DNA of 64,000 nt from Amoebophrya sp. A120 (Eukaryota; Protista; Dinoflagellata). Below the pieces are notes generated by a model. That model searched no databases and was not told the DNA's origin. It worked only from the letters and a program-made list of their open reading frames with translations. Position 1 is the first letter of the stretch. Each line of letters starts with the position of its first letter. The stretch spans positions 2,867,783-2,931,782 of the forward strand of contig CAJINV010000011.1 of NCBI GenBank assembly GCA_905178155.1, read 5' to 3'. Below, one piece after another: positions 1-12,300 of the stretch. The translations under genes and the position numbers were made by a program.

Positions 1-995
1 GCCGGCGGGGCGGTATGGCGTGGCTGAACGCTACGACCACCTCCACCTGGCACTACCTGCTTCGAACGCCCGCCCTTCCGCAAGCGCAGGGTGTGATTGC
101 TGCGCAAACTGGCGTCCCGCGCAGACGACTGCATCAAAAGCGCAGGTTCTTGTGAAGACGCGTTTCTAGCTTGCGAAGTAGAGGTCGTTATGTTGTTGAA
201 ATAAGCGCGTGCCGCTCCAGGAAGCGCCAGCAGTTCTATCGGGGACTGGTCTTCAGAGTGGAATGGTGCCTCTTGCTGCAGCACCGTCTGCAAGGTCGAG
301 GGCGCCGTGTAGTGTCTGCGGAACACGCTCATGTCAATTTGTGCTGCTTCAAACGCTGCATTCGAAGTACACATGGTGCAGATCGCGTCGGGAGATGACA
401 TGGGTCGCGGGAGATGCGCTGGAGGCGGGCCAATTGAAGCTTCTTGCTTTTTGGCGATCTGAAGAACGGGCTCTTGCCCGGATTCCGAACAACAAGCGTC
501 ACGAAAAACGTCTTTCGTGTAGTTCTTTTTGTTCGGCTCGGACGGCGAAGTAGGAGTGCCGGCATTCATCATCAGCTCGACGTCGCTACTAGCAGTCTTG
601 ACGCTCCCCTCGTCCACGGCCATTGCCGTGGCGTTTAGAGTGGCTAAGTCGTTAATGACGTTTGCCAGAAGGTTCGCCGTTAGTTCCTCGAGCTCGACGT
701 CTTCGTCCTGCCCCGGTTTAGTATTTGGTGCTGCTTCAACTGGTAGAGATGCAGCTGGTGGTGGTGCAGAAGAAGTACTACTCTCGACTACTTCCACCTC
801 GTCCAGAGCAGGAGCTTGGTAAGCTTGCTCGTCGGTGTTGCTTTCGTGATAGGACCTCGGAGAAGCTCCAGCGCCACTAACGACGCGAATCGTGATAGGA
901 TTGCACAGCAGTTTACTTGCCACGGCAATTATTCCCGCGATATATAACAGCGACGCAGCATGAACATGCCGCAGCCGCTTCTGCGTGTCGATCAT
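1..995 (-). CDS. Hypothetical low-complexity protein with N-terminal hydrophobic segment; runs off the left edge of the window
   Basis: Hand translation from ATG at 995 (MIDTQKRLRHVHAASLLYIAGIIAVASKLLCNP...) is stop-free to position 1. It is missing from the ORF track because its stop lies outside the window. Confidence 0.55.
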   Translation of the reverse strand, partial: MIDTQKRLRHVHAASLLYIAGIIAVASKLLCNPITIRVVSGAGASPRSYHESNTDEQAYQAPALDEVEVVESSTSSAPPPAASLPVEAAPNTKPGQDEDVELEELTANLLANVINDLATLNATAMAVDEGSVKTASSDVELMMNAGTPTSPSEPNKKNYTKDVFRDACCSESGQEPVLQIAKKQEASIGPPPAHLPRPMSSPDAICTMCTSNAAFEAAQIDMSVFRRHYTAPSTLQTVLQQEAPFHSEDQSPIELLALPGAARAYFNNITTSTSQARNASSQEPALLMQSSARDASLRSNHTLRLRKGGRSKQVVPGGGGRSVQPRHTAPP

Positions 996-3137
996 AATCG
1001 CCGAACGAGGGCCGTCCACAGAGGGAAACTGTTGAAACTACCCGAAGAACAGACGTTTGCGTTGCTTCCTCGTGCTTCTACTTGCGATATCTTCGTGTTC
1101 GTGCTCGTGCGTAGCACAATGACGACGCGCCGGGAGCACCCACTGTTCAAGCGTTGAGGTGGAGGTCCTTGTGGCGGACAAAACGCGCCTCGTCCATCTC
1201 GCTGTGATGATGTTGTAAAGATGTGTAGCGAGCAAAAGCACTGCGGATCGTACTTCTATTATACGCAGTTTATACTTCCTCCGCGTTCATCCGTGGTGGA
1301 GGTGATGAACTTCTGCTTGTGTTGGTGATTTTCGTTCCTTTAGCTCCCTTGCCAAGGCCAGGGTCCTCACGGAGAAGCGTGAGCTTTTACTCCTAGGCCA
1401 GGCCTGATCGGATCAGGCCTGGCTCCTTACTGTAACTCTGCGCACGCGCGAACAGGAATACGATCTGGTAGATAACAACTTCAGTGTCCTTTATATTAGC
1501 TCCGGTTGCGTGCTGTCCTTTTTCGAAGCTAGAGAAGCTGCTGCGTGTCCTTTTGCGAAGGCACTACCGTGACCACTTCCTTTGGCTTCTGTTGTGCTCC
1601 TTTCTGATTGGAATTCTTATCAACATGGCTTACTTCTCGATTGCGATTTTCCCTTTCCATGCCGTTGACGTAGGTATAGCGCCGTGCGAACCTTCCACGC
1701 AACGCAAGTTGTTCAGTTGGTTGGTTCTGGTTCGGCTCGTCAAGTCGTGTTAGAATTTGCCGGAGGCACAAGAAAAAAATTGTGTTGGTGGTACGTACAC
1801 GTAGATGATCATGATGAGAAAACATGTAGTATAAAAAAACGTGGTTTTAGTTTTCGGCGTGTGGTTCGTCATGCTCTTTCTGATCGAATCCCATACTCGT
1901 CGACTTCGTGATTGCTGTTCCCCTTCCCGCGAAGGGCGCCAATCGATGTCAAATACGGCCGGAGGAGAATAGGGGAAAACGAGGAACGGATTGTTGTGAG
2001 AGCAATAAGCGTAAGGTGTCAAATAGAAGCATCCGAGTGGTCAAGGAATAGTAATGTCATACTGAAAGAACTGAAAGTGGATAAAAAGTCAAAAGGTCCA
2101 AGGAGGTAATGGTAAATTGAAAACAACATCCATAAGAGGCGTGGCCCATGATCAGAATGAAGAACAAATACAAAAGCTACATATATATATTTCTTACGGT
2201 AATTTTAATATACTAAGTACGTATACCGTGGGAAAACCGAGGACTACCAACAAACAAAGCTGTACTCACTTTGTCAATGTGGTATTTTCGTACAACTATC
2301 GAGATTCTGTAAAGGCCCGTGGCGATTATTTACACAGAATTAGCAGAAATCAATCAAGTTGCTTCCCATCCTATATTCCAGTGTACGACTAGAGGCTCAA
2401 GTTCACAAATAAGTTTAAGAAGCCCCTTGCTACGCGCCTGTAGACAGAGGGACCATATTTTTTCCGCTGGAATAAGATGCCGTTTTGGATGAAATCAACA
2501 GATTGGAAAAACGTACAACATGAGAATCAGAATGAAACAAACGCAATCCGGAGTGATCTCGAGGTGAATGTCCTCTCCTGAGGCCAACAACAAGTGTTTT
2601 TCTTTCCTGTTCTTTCACATGACATTACCAGTGACTGCTCGATCATCTGAGTAGCGTCAACACAGACGAAATATGCTGCCGGACGTCAAAGCCTATCGGG
2701 GTTGAGGTTGTTCATTGGTCTTCAAATTTACGCCGGGCAAATGTCGCACTTCAATCAGGAGGGCATTGATTTTTGCACAGCCACAGCACTTGGCCCGGCA
2801 TTGGTTCATTGATTTTTCGCAAGGATTGCGCAAGACTTCATTTGATAACATTCTTCCGAATTGTATTCAGATTCGAAAGCCATGCTGTGCGAATATCGCA
2901 ACATACAAGCAACATCTCCAGTTGGGAAAAAAAAAGAATGGCTTTTTGTTTATTTCCATGAATGAAATAAGTAGCCTCCACGACTGGAATAGCCTAGATT
3001 TTTTTCCTGTGAGTTCGTGCCTTGTGCATTTTTGTTCCGGTCGTGGTAAGATGAAATAGAGCAGCGACAGCTACAACATCTCTCTGCAACAGCAGACCAT
3101 CCACAGCTATTCGACCACGCCGGCGGTCGTACTACTC

Positions 3138-6100
3138 TCAGTCCTCGTTTTATCCCACGAGAAAAGTGTTACAGTTACACATTTGTAGGCAATTCAGCAA
3201 CACAAATGTCCCTGCATGAGAGAGAAAACTTGTAATGCAGAAATCCTACGGGAAAACACCTATGAAACGAGGCTTCTATGCATATCCGGCATGACAGAGC
3301 TTGTCTGTCTTGCTTGGCCTGCAACACAATGTGTAACTGTAACACTTTTTTTTTGCAATACGTTTTCGTTTCCACCCTCGGAAGGCACGGAGTCCTCCTC
3401 ATCGTGTAGATCCACTTCGTCCACAGCATCGACGAAATCCTCTTCATCATCGACGTGCACACCAGCAGCGGTGGATGTGGCTCCTTCGCAGAGATTTGAG
3501 GTCAGCGCCCCCGTAGCCGTAGACGTTCTTGCTGCATCAACTCGGAGTTCACATGCGCCGACGCTCGGTTCTTGTCCTGTGAGACCACTGGTGCTCGTCA
3601 AAAGCGGTGCCAAGTGAGTCGGGTGCGGCGCGGCGCTCGCCGCAAGCAAGGTTGGGGGCGCTGCATGTTGTGTAGGTACGAATCGGGATGGTGCAGCAAG
3701 GTGGGCATCAGGTATTGCACTGCCACCTGGTGCTGTATTCTGCATTGGCTTGGAGCCTTGATGTAGTTGCCAAGGTGTTATTGCAGTCATACTACCAGTA
3801 CTAGTTGAATTTGTGCCGTTTCTGGCGCTCTCCGCCCCGCCCCCTGCAACTGCTTCTAGTTTTGTAGCGGGGACGACTACTGGCTGAACAACGGAAAAAG
3901 CAGGAGCGGAGGGCCGCGTGAGTTTGTCTTCACATGCAATTCTTTCGTCCTCCACTTGCATACTTGTTTCAAGGGTCGCCGTGCTAGTGCCGCCACTCTT
4001 CATCTCAGCCGTAGTATTTTTGCCGAGGACGGTCGTATGTTTATTCGGGAGGACGGTGCTTGCGACATGCTGCCCGGCACGACCTTCCTGCTTCGCGTTT
4101 ATTCCTGTTCCTGTTTGCATCAAGTCCTCTCGTGAAGAAGATGTCGTGTAATAGCCCGGCGCAGCGGATTTTAAAATCGCACTGCGGCCGTGCGCACGCG
4201 GACCAGCAGGAACTTGCTGCTGGCCTTGCTTTTTCGCCGGCTTGCTGTTGCTGTTTGGAGCTGCACTTGAAGCAGGCTTCACATACAGGTCAAAGACCAC
4301 CACAAGCGGTTTATGGTCGCTGCCTTGCTGCTCCTATCCTCTGCAAATGTATCGCACTCGCAGTAATTACAACCAAGCATGACAAGGCCCACCTTCTAAT
4401 ATCTGATCTAGCATGACAAATTGTATATTTTCTTGAAAAAATTTGTAATGCAGTTCATACGTAGTACGATGCTTTTGCAATGCATAGCTCCGAAACGACC
4501 ACAATATCCAGCTCATCCACGTGAAGCTGGTCGACGGCGCCCCCGCGTGGCTGGAACAAGAGAACCCGGTCTGCCGCCGCGGGGAAGTGAAACCTGAGAA
4601 AAGGGAAGATGAACCCGTGTGGTTGTGCAATTGCAACCAGGTCAAAATTCTATTCAACGTTTATACGTTTTCACATCATGCAGCAGAGGATGACGCGCCG
4701 CAACTCTCTCTGTCCCACTGCCGCTTTGATACAACATCAGCAATTTCTTCGTACCTTTTGAACCGCTTTCCCTCGTCGGCACGGTCTCTGTAGAGAGCGC
4801 CTGGCCCCTCAAACGCGGAAATTCGGTCCAGGGCGGCGGCGTAAGCGTCGCGCGGCTCTCCGTTTGCAGATGAACCTGTATTTGTGCAAGAAGAGTTCTT
4901 GTCTACCTCGAAATGCTCGGTGTTTGAAGAAAACGACACCACAGCCGCGGACTGCTCGTAGTAACTGCCGCTGCGCTATCAAATGGAAATATGTCTGGGT
5001 CTGGAAATTTGGAATTTGTAATGCTAGCTTTTCATACCTAGGAAATCTGTACTGCATAACCAACAAAAGTCGCGGCCTCTTTTGTACACAGTTTCTCATG
5101 CGGGCTGCCTATGAGATTTTGTTCTGCAAAGTTGTCATGCTGGGCTGCATTCGAAAGTGTTTCCATCATCCACATTCTAGCATCACATTCACAAGTTTCC
5201 AGACCCAGACATATTTGCAATGCATATCCGCGTGCGCCGGTCCAGGCTGTTCGGTTGGTTCAACACGTGTGCCATGTTATCCTGTGCAAAAGTATCGTAC
5301 GCGTATAGATGCAAGTCTTGCATTACAAATCTTTTTATTAGGGCAAATCCGCATGACAAATTCCATTTCTCATGCTAAGGAAATTTGTATTGCAATTTAT
5401 ACTAGTACGATACTTTTGCAATGCATACATGTCTTCCACGGACAGCGGGTGTTTCTGCTCGTAGTTCTCATGAAATTTGTAGGTGACCCAGTGCTGGGTC
5501 CCGCACGCGGTCGAAAGGTCAATCCAGTTGCCCGTGCCCTCGACGAGGCGATTGGATATCGCTGCGCAGTACCGGCGGTCCCGCAGGGTCTCCGTTAGCA
5601 GGTCCTTCACAACCAATCGGCCTTGTTGTTTCGACGTCCCATACGTGCTGGTGTTCAGAGAAGACTTAAACTGGTGGTGGTGGTCCTGCGGAGATGTAGT
5701 TGAAGCAGTCGACGCGACGGCTCGCCCTCCGGCATGAAAGTTACCACCACGGCGCTGTTGTGGCGCTGCGGAAGTACTCGAAGTTGTAGTAGAAGCCCCG
5801 CCCGATGGACCACGACTATGTTGCATAGTTATTCCCGGATCGAACAGAAGAAGCGTTCGGGAGTTTACATCTCCCGAAAGCATCACCAGTGTGTCATTGT
5901 CAAGCATCCCGGCCTCGGCGGCGCGCGCCAGCATCCGTCGGAGGTTCCGCGCCATCACATACTTGCAGCTTTCCAGGACGTCATTGTTGCCGCGCGAAAG
6001 AGCATGCTTTTTCTCAGGCTGCGGCTGCGGAGGAACTGCATGTGAAGAACCAGCCTCGTGCGCACGTGCAAAGTTCGATGGAATGCCGTTGACCTCACCA

Positions 6101-8370
6101 TTGCGTGGTCCAGAAGTACCGTTAGATGCGGTAGAAGGGCCAGAGCCGCCACTTTGGTAGTTGTAAAGGTTTTGACGGTAGAAGTCTGGCGGCTCCGGGA
6201 CGACCATAGTACGCGGCTGGTGCGGCCCATGCTGATACTGTGAGGAGCCAGCCGGAAGCGGCCGTATCCTGTCTGTACTACTTGGATGGACCGAAGTGGA
6301 GGTCCCTGTGTGGTTCATCTGATTGTACAACGACGAGGCCGTCGACCCGTTTATCGCAGATGTTTCCCCAGATAAACTCGACGTAGCCACTGGTGCGGCT
6401 TTCTTTCCCCTATCATCTACTCTAGACCGAGAATCAGAACCTCCCGCAGATGAACAAGACGAAGACGACGCAACAATATGATCTTCCGGCGCAAAATGAC
6501 TACTCCCGGGTACGCAGTGGGGGAAGTATTCTTCTCCGTTGCGCCACCCGACGTCGTACGTGTTTTGTTCGAGATGCCGCGCGATCTTTCCGATCGGGAA
6601 GTGGGCGCCGATGCACAGAATTTTCACCTTGCTGTTGCGCAGCCGGAGTTCCTTGCCCGAGAAGGCCTTCTTCGGGTTTGGAATGTTCTCGTGTTCCGGG
6701 CAAATGCCGAAAAACGTCTTCGGCTGTGGCTGGAACACGGAGCTCTTCGCGAGGAGCAAGGTTTTCAGATTTCCGTTCCAGTTGGTCGCCAGTTTCGCGG
6801 TCAGCGACTGCCACATGCCCCCGCCGAATTTCTCCTGGTGCTCGATGCGCGTGCTATGAGAGTGCACAACTCCCCGTCCCCCTCATTTGTATGGCAAGAA
6901 CAGCAACACAAACAACAGCAGCTAAGTGCCTTCCGCATGACAAACCGGACATGGATTGTAGTCCTGTGTGAGTGTCCGAAACTTGTCATGCAAAAAGTGC
7001 TTAAAGCCACCAAGTAGATTCGGTATTTTGCATTACAAATGAGGGGGAGGGGGAGTTGTGCAATCTCATACGCGTTCGTCTGCTCGCAGATGTCCAGTCC
7101 GCGCTTGTCCGCGAGCTGCTTCTTCCACTTCTTCACAAAAGGGGTCAAAGCGCTCTGCGTCTCCGCAAAGGAGAAAAAGATCAGATCGCGGGTCGTCGCA
7201 GGGGACTCGATCATGTCAGATGAGGATGCTTCTAGGGCGGGGGGCATCTCGAAAGAACGACCTCCAAATCGTGAAACATTGCTCGCGGGTCCCCTTGGGT
7301 TTCTTGACATTTGGATTTGGTCAACAGCATAATCATGATACACGTGTGCACTACTACTACTCCCGTTGGTGTTTGTCCTTACAAATTGCGGTTCAGAATT
7401 TTGAGAGCCTGGTGGCTGTTGATGCTGCGACGACGTGTAATCAACACGTCGATTCGGCTGCTCGTGCTGCAGTGCAGTGTGGTCTGTACCACTTCTACCG
7501 GCGCTCCACCTTCCATCCGGCGGAGGGCCTCCCGATGTGGTGCGAGTGGTCGTGCTACTTGAGGTGCGCGACGCGAACGATACCCGAGGACCCGGGAAAG
7601 GAGCATGGTGCTGTTCTGCGAACAAGATCGAAGATGAGCGACCTCCTGTCTTACAACTAGTACTCGAACACGAAGACGCGGTCGACGACACCCGCGCGAG
7701 GCGGTGAATCCCTTTCTTGAACTGCACCTGCTCTTCTTCCTCGTCGGTGGACGACACAGACGAATCCGAATCCGTAGAGGAACCGCCTCTACTTTTATTC
7801 CCTCGTCCCGCATAATACAGCCGATCCCCACTTCCATGCACCGTCCCCCCACCGCGGACCGACACGATCGAAGCAGTGAGACGACGGCGCGGGTTCTCGT
7901 TCGGTAAACCAGAGGTGGAGTTGTGGTCGTCTCCACTAGGAGGGGAGGCGGAAGTTGCAGCCAAGCGGGAATGATTCGACGGCGGGGTCGTGTGCGTAGT
8001 CTGTGATGTTGTAGTGGCTGTGCCTCCACCTGCAGACGGTGGTTTTCTGCAGCTTGAGCGTCCCTGGCTGGATCTGGTCGGCTCCTTCACTACATTTTTG
8101 CCCCTACTCGCCTATCCAGGAAAAAAGACCGATACCCATCCATTTTTTGCATGACAAATACAGGATTTTATGCACGTTTTGCATGGCAAATTGGCTGGGG
8201 ATTGGTGTTTTTGTGGATATCGCCCCTGGGTCTTCCACTTCCACGGGAACAGGCACCAACAGGTCGGTGATCTCCAAATTACTGTTGTTGCCCATGTTGA
8301 AAGTGTACACACAGCAGCGGATCCGCTCCCCTAAGTCGTGGTGGTCGTGGAGGCCAGCATCATGCTCCAT
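3138..8370 (-). CDS. Inositol polyphosphate 5-phosphatase (IPPc/EEP fold), 8 exons, long low-complexity insertions
   Basis: After removing six TIR elements and a GT-AG intron (4594-4754), the motifs appear in order: VYTFNMG, DLIFFSFAE, ILCIGAH, LSGDVNSR, VTYKF, PAAADRVL, GSDHKPL. The protein ends GGNENED* (TGA 3138-3140). Confidence 0.85.
3151..3360. mobile_element. Introner/MITE-like element, family F
   Basis: TAT...ATA ends; TIR AAAAGTGTTACAGTTACACATT / AATGTGTAACTGTAACACTTTT; TSD cgttt on both sides; removal gives ...GNENED*. Confidence 0.85.
4335..4486. mobile_element. Introner element, family A
   Basis: tatcctctgcaaatgtatcg...cgatgcttttgcaatgcata; TSD gctcc x2; removal joins VVSE-QQGSDHKP in frame. 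Confidence 0.92.
4977..5226. mobile_element. Introner element, family B
   Basis: TIR AAATATGTCTGGGTCTGGAAA / TTTCCAGACCCAGACATATTT; TSD tgcgc/tccgc; removal joins RTR-SGSYYEQ in frame. Confidence 0.9.
5278..5427. mobile_element. Introner element, family A
   Basis: tatcctgtgcaaaagtatcgtac...gtacgatacttttgcaatgcata; TSD catgt x2; removal joins VEDM-AHVLNQ. Confidence 0.92.
6855..7070. mobile_element. Introner element, family C
   Basis: ~37-bp TIR TATGAGAgTGCACAACTCCCCgTCCCCCTCATTTGTA; TSD cgtgc/cgcgt; removal of the element plus 5 bp joins EQTNA-RIEHQEK. Confidence 0.9.
8113..8219. mobile_element. Introner element, family D (107 bp)
   Basis: tatcca...tggata ends with degenerate TIR; TSD tcgcc x2; removal joins DPGA-SRGKNVVKEP. 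Confidence 0.85.
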
Positions 8371-9382
8371 AATTGCTCTTTATTGGATGAGTCGTTCTTC
8401 TTCTGGCAAATAACGTGGAAATCGAAGTAAGTAAAATGATAGGCAACGAGGTAGTAGTCCAGTACGTGATCGAGGCCGAAGGATCTTCACCTTGTATTTC
8501 TATAAAAAGTTAAGATGTTTGAGTTTGTCTTTGCGTACTTGTGATCTTTAAGACAACAACAAAAACAGCACGAAGGTGGATCAACATGTCAATGTCACAT
8601 CAGAGAAACGGTAGCGAGAAAAGGAAAACAAAGGCGAGTTTCACATTTAGGTTTACGGTAGAAGAAAAAACAGAAGCCATGCCTTTCAGAAGTTGATGTG
8701 GGCATCGCGTTCACGATCACGAGAAGATCAAAGCTGATTCCGCACGAGCATAAGTAGATGAACTACACCACCCAACGCTAGTATCTGTTAAGAGCAGTGT
8801 CGAACGGCCATGCGAGTGCCACTTGTAGCAGACACGACTGCATGCCAGAATTGCTACCTCGAGGCATGTATTGATTTGTGACCAAAACTTGCATACTTGG
8901 AAACTATCTACTGAGCCTTCAATTGTACACGAGACACTACAAAGCGGCCATAAAGCAGCGCTGTGCTTGTTTTTTCATTCTGGTATATTGGACATAGACA
9001 TTGACACTCTGAAGGCAGCCGATCGACAAGTGTCTTGCCTCTTTTCTTCGCTTTGTTTTCGTCATTCTCCTAAAGAGACACTCAAATCAGCAGCTGGCTA
9101 ATCATTTCTAATGCACTTGCTATGTTAATGAGATTCATTACTTTATGCGTTCTTATTCTTTCATCTGCGAAGATTTTTACACTCTCACTCTGTACGCTCA
9201 CTGACAACAAGATTGCTTATTTATGTACCAGATTTGTTTATTCACACGAACTCGAATTGAGCACAACAAGCACAAAAGACAATTGGAATTGGTTTGAAAA
9301 CATTGATATCGACATCATTATTCTTGACAACTCGCACATAGACCATATCCCTTCGCGCCGCCGGTTTATTTCCTGTTCATCT

Positions 9383-12300
9383 TCAGAACTGCAGCGGAAT
9401 CAGCGCCTCCTCGATCGCTCCCGTGGGCGCGTCTGCGGTGATGTCGACCACTTTTTTCAAGCGGGTCAGTTTTGATTCGTTATAAATCAAATGCGACATC
9501 GGTCCGCGCAGCTTCGCCTCGCGTGGTGTTTCCAGCGCTGCAAGCAGCGTGTTATTCTGGTTATTCATTTTCGAGCCGTTCCTACCTGCGTCGTCGACCA
9601 GACCCTTGCTGCTCGTCGTCCCCCGCCGTCCACCCGCGATGGTGGCCCGTGGATTCGGGCTTGCCTTCAAAAACGCGGGCGTCGCCTGGGCCATAGAGAG
9701 GCTCGTCCGCGCGTTAGCCGCCGGGCTTTTTGCAAGCGAGCCGGCGGCTGTTGTTGTTCCCGCGGAGCCGGGCCTTTGTACTACTACATCATCTTCGTCT
9801 CCCCATGGGTCGGCTTGGTTCAGCGTGTTGGTCACGACTTGAAACTGCATCGCGGGTAAGCCGTCGCGGCACCGCTGGATCATATCGCGGAGGTCGGCGT
9901 CGGAAGGAAGGTGGAAACAGGGCCAGGCCGGGCATTCCCACACGACGGACGGAGCCTTCAGCTCCGCGTTTCCGAGGACTTCGTAGGCCTGTGGTCGTAA
10001 TATTCTTTTCGTCTCAAAGTCAAATGTTTTGCCTATCAGGTTCAAATGAGAAGTAGCACGTTGAAAGAGAAATAACTTCCCAAGGATCTTTCTCTTTGAA
10101 CAATAGGATCTTTCTCTTTGAACAACAAAGTTGACCTCAGCATTAACACGCCTTATACCTCCCTCTCAGCTCGCCACTCTCGAATTTCGCCCCACCAGTC
10201 CTCTAGTTGCTGTGCGTAGCCCCGCAAATGCGGCACGAGGTAGTAGCGCTTCATCCGGAGTTCTTGGGTTATGAACGCCATGCGCACGTCCGCCGGCTGC
10301 TCCAACGCGTGCAGGTGAGCCTGTTAGAGTCAGTCATGTTTTTGTATATGCGAACATCCGCTGGACTTCAAATGAGCATATGAACTTCGCAATCGTCATC
10401 ACGTCATCTGTGATATCGTGATCAAAAATAGCAATACATACCGAAAAGTCCATATCCAGATGATCCCCGGCACCACCCCTTCCCCCCTTGGCGTGATGTG
10501 GTTTCTCCTTAGAGTGCGTGACACTCCTTCGTCTCTGCCCGGTGGTCGCGGCCCCACCGTGGTGTGCTGCGGTCGTTTTGCTTGTGTTGTTATGCTTGTC
10601 CTTGCTTCCCTGCGCGCCGGTTGTTGCTGTGCTATGCTCTTTTTCCTTACTGCGCCTTGACGTGCTGACGCCGTGGTTCTGGAGTCCAGCGTGGGATCTC
10701 AGATCGACCGAGGCGGTTGGATTATGATTGTTCTGATAGAAGTCCTTGTCTGCTGTATGTGTTGTTCCTCCTGAAGCATTTCCACCCGCCGCCTCTGCTT
10801 TATTCTTATGGTCCTTCTTCGCATGGTGGTGGTGGTGGTCCTTTTTCGGCATCACTGTCCCTCCGTGCATCGCCACCAACTCCTGCAGCAAGATCTCGTG
10901 CTCCATTTCCAACCATCTCGCCGCAGTCTCCTGTCGGTGCCGTTCGAGTTTCTCGAAACTGCGGCGCCAAAACCGCTGTATTTTGATCATCGCACCGTGA
11001 AATTTTCGGATGGTGATCATAAACTTCCCGCCCTCGCTCCACAACTTCATGCAGTGAAAAATCGCCGCCGCTTTTTTTCGCCGCAGCATTACCCGGGCCC
11101 GCAACGCGATCGGCCGTTGGATCTCGGCAAACCTTTTTTTAACGTAGTACTAACAGTGTTAAGTGACGACGGTGAAGTAGTATTTTTGGAAATGTTGAGT
11201 CGGCAATATTAATTTGAAGTGACGAGGCTAAAGTGATTTTTTCCATATGTTGCGTCGGCAGTTTTTTTGAAGGGCGAACTACAAATCATTATTCCGTAAT
11301 CGTATACAGCGCTGCAGGACGAAGCAGTAAACAGAAAGACGAAAAGAGCATCTGCCTAAAAAAAACTTTACCTCGCCATGGTCGCGGGCTGTTGGAAATC
11401 CTTGATGAAGGCTTCCCAGGCGATGGCCTGCCGGCGCTTTTTCCGGAGCATTGATCCCACAGAAAAAAGCAGCAGGGAGGGCATATTTGTAATGCAAAAA
11501 CAAGTACACAGAAGAATCTGTCATGGGCGGCCGCATAGCATGCTGTTTAGGATAATACGCAATGCAGATTTCTCTGTATATTCATTTTTGCATTACAAAA
11601 ATGACCTGCCTGCTTTTTTCTGTGTGCTAGCATTACCCGCAACGCCATGGCGATTTCCTCGCGCTCGGTCATTGCAACGGGCTCCTCTTTCTGTTCCCGG
11701 AGCTGGGTGTGCTTGCTGTCCATCTGGTCGAGGGGGATGGTCAGGGCGGTCAGCATGTACCAGAAAGTCGTAACGAGGTTTGTTTTCAGCTGTACATTCG
11801 TCTTGTCATGGAGAAGGTCTTCTTGGAGACTGATAAGTAGTGTTTTTCGAATTCGAACAAAGAGGAAGAACAAGAAAAACAAATGCAAATCATTTTACTG
11901 GTACAGCAGATATTAAATTCGCACCGCGTCGCTCTACTTGTGCCTTCACGAGGCTGAAGTACAACTTGCACTTACCTGATCGCCAAAGGATTTCCCTCCG
12001 TCATATTCGTCCTTTTTATCCCCGCAAACGCAAATTTCCCGTCCGCCCCCGCTTTTGGCGACAAGAGACTCGCTCGAGACGTCGGCGACAAGGGTGACCG
12101 CGACGACGCCGGGGACGCGCTGGCTCCACCGCTATCCTGTGCAAAAGTATCGTAAGTACTCGTTGTGTTGCAATCATGCATTACAAATCCTTTTCTTAGG
12201 GTCAATCCGCATTACAAATTTCATTTGTCATGCTGAGGAAATTTGTCATGCATTTATAGGAGTACGATACTTTTGCAGTTCATAACCGCCTCCCTTCATG

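Noticed and set aside
1484-3059. Short ORFs between the first gene and the phosphatase
   Set aside because: No consistent exon chain or motif, so left uncalled.
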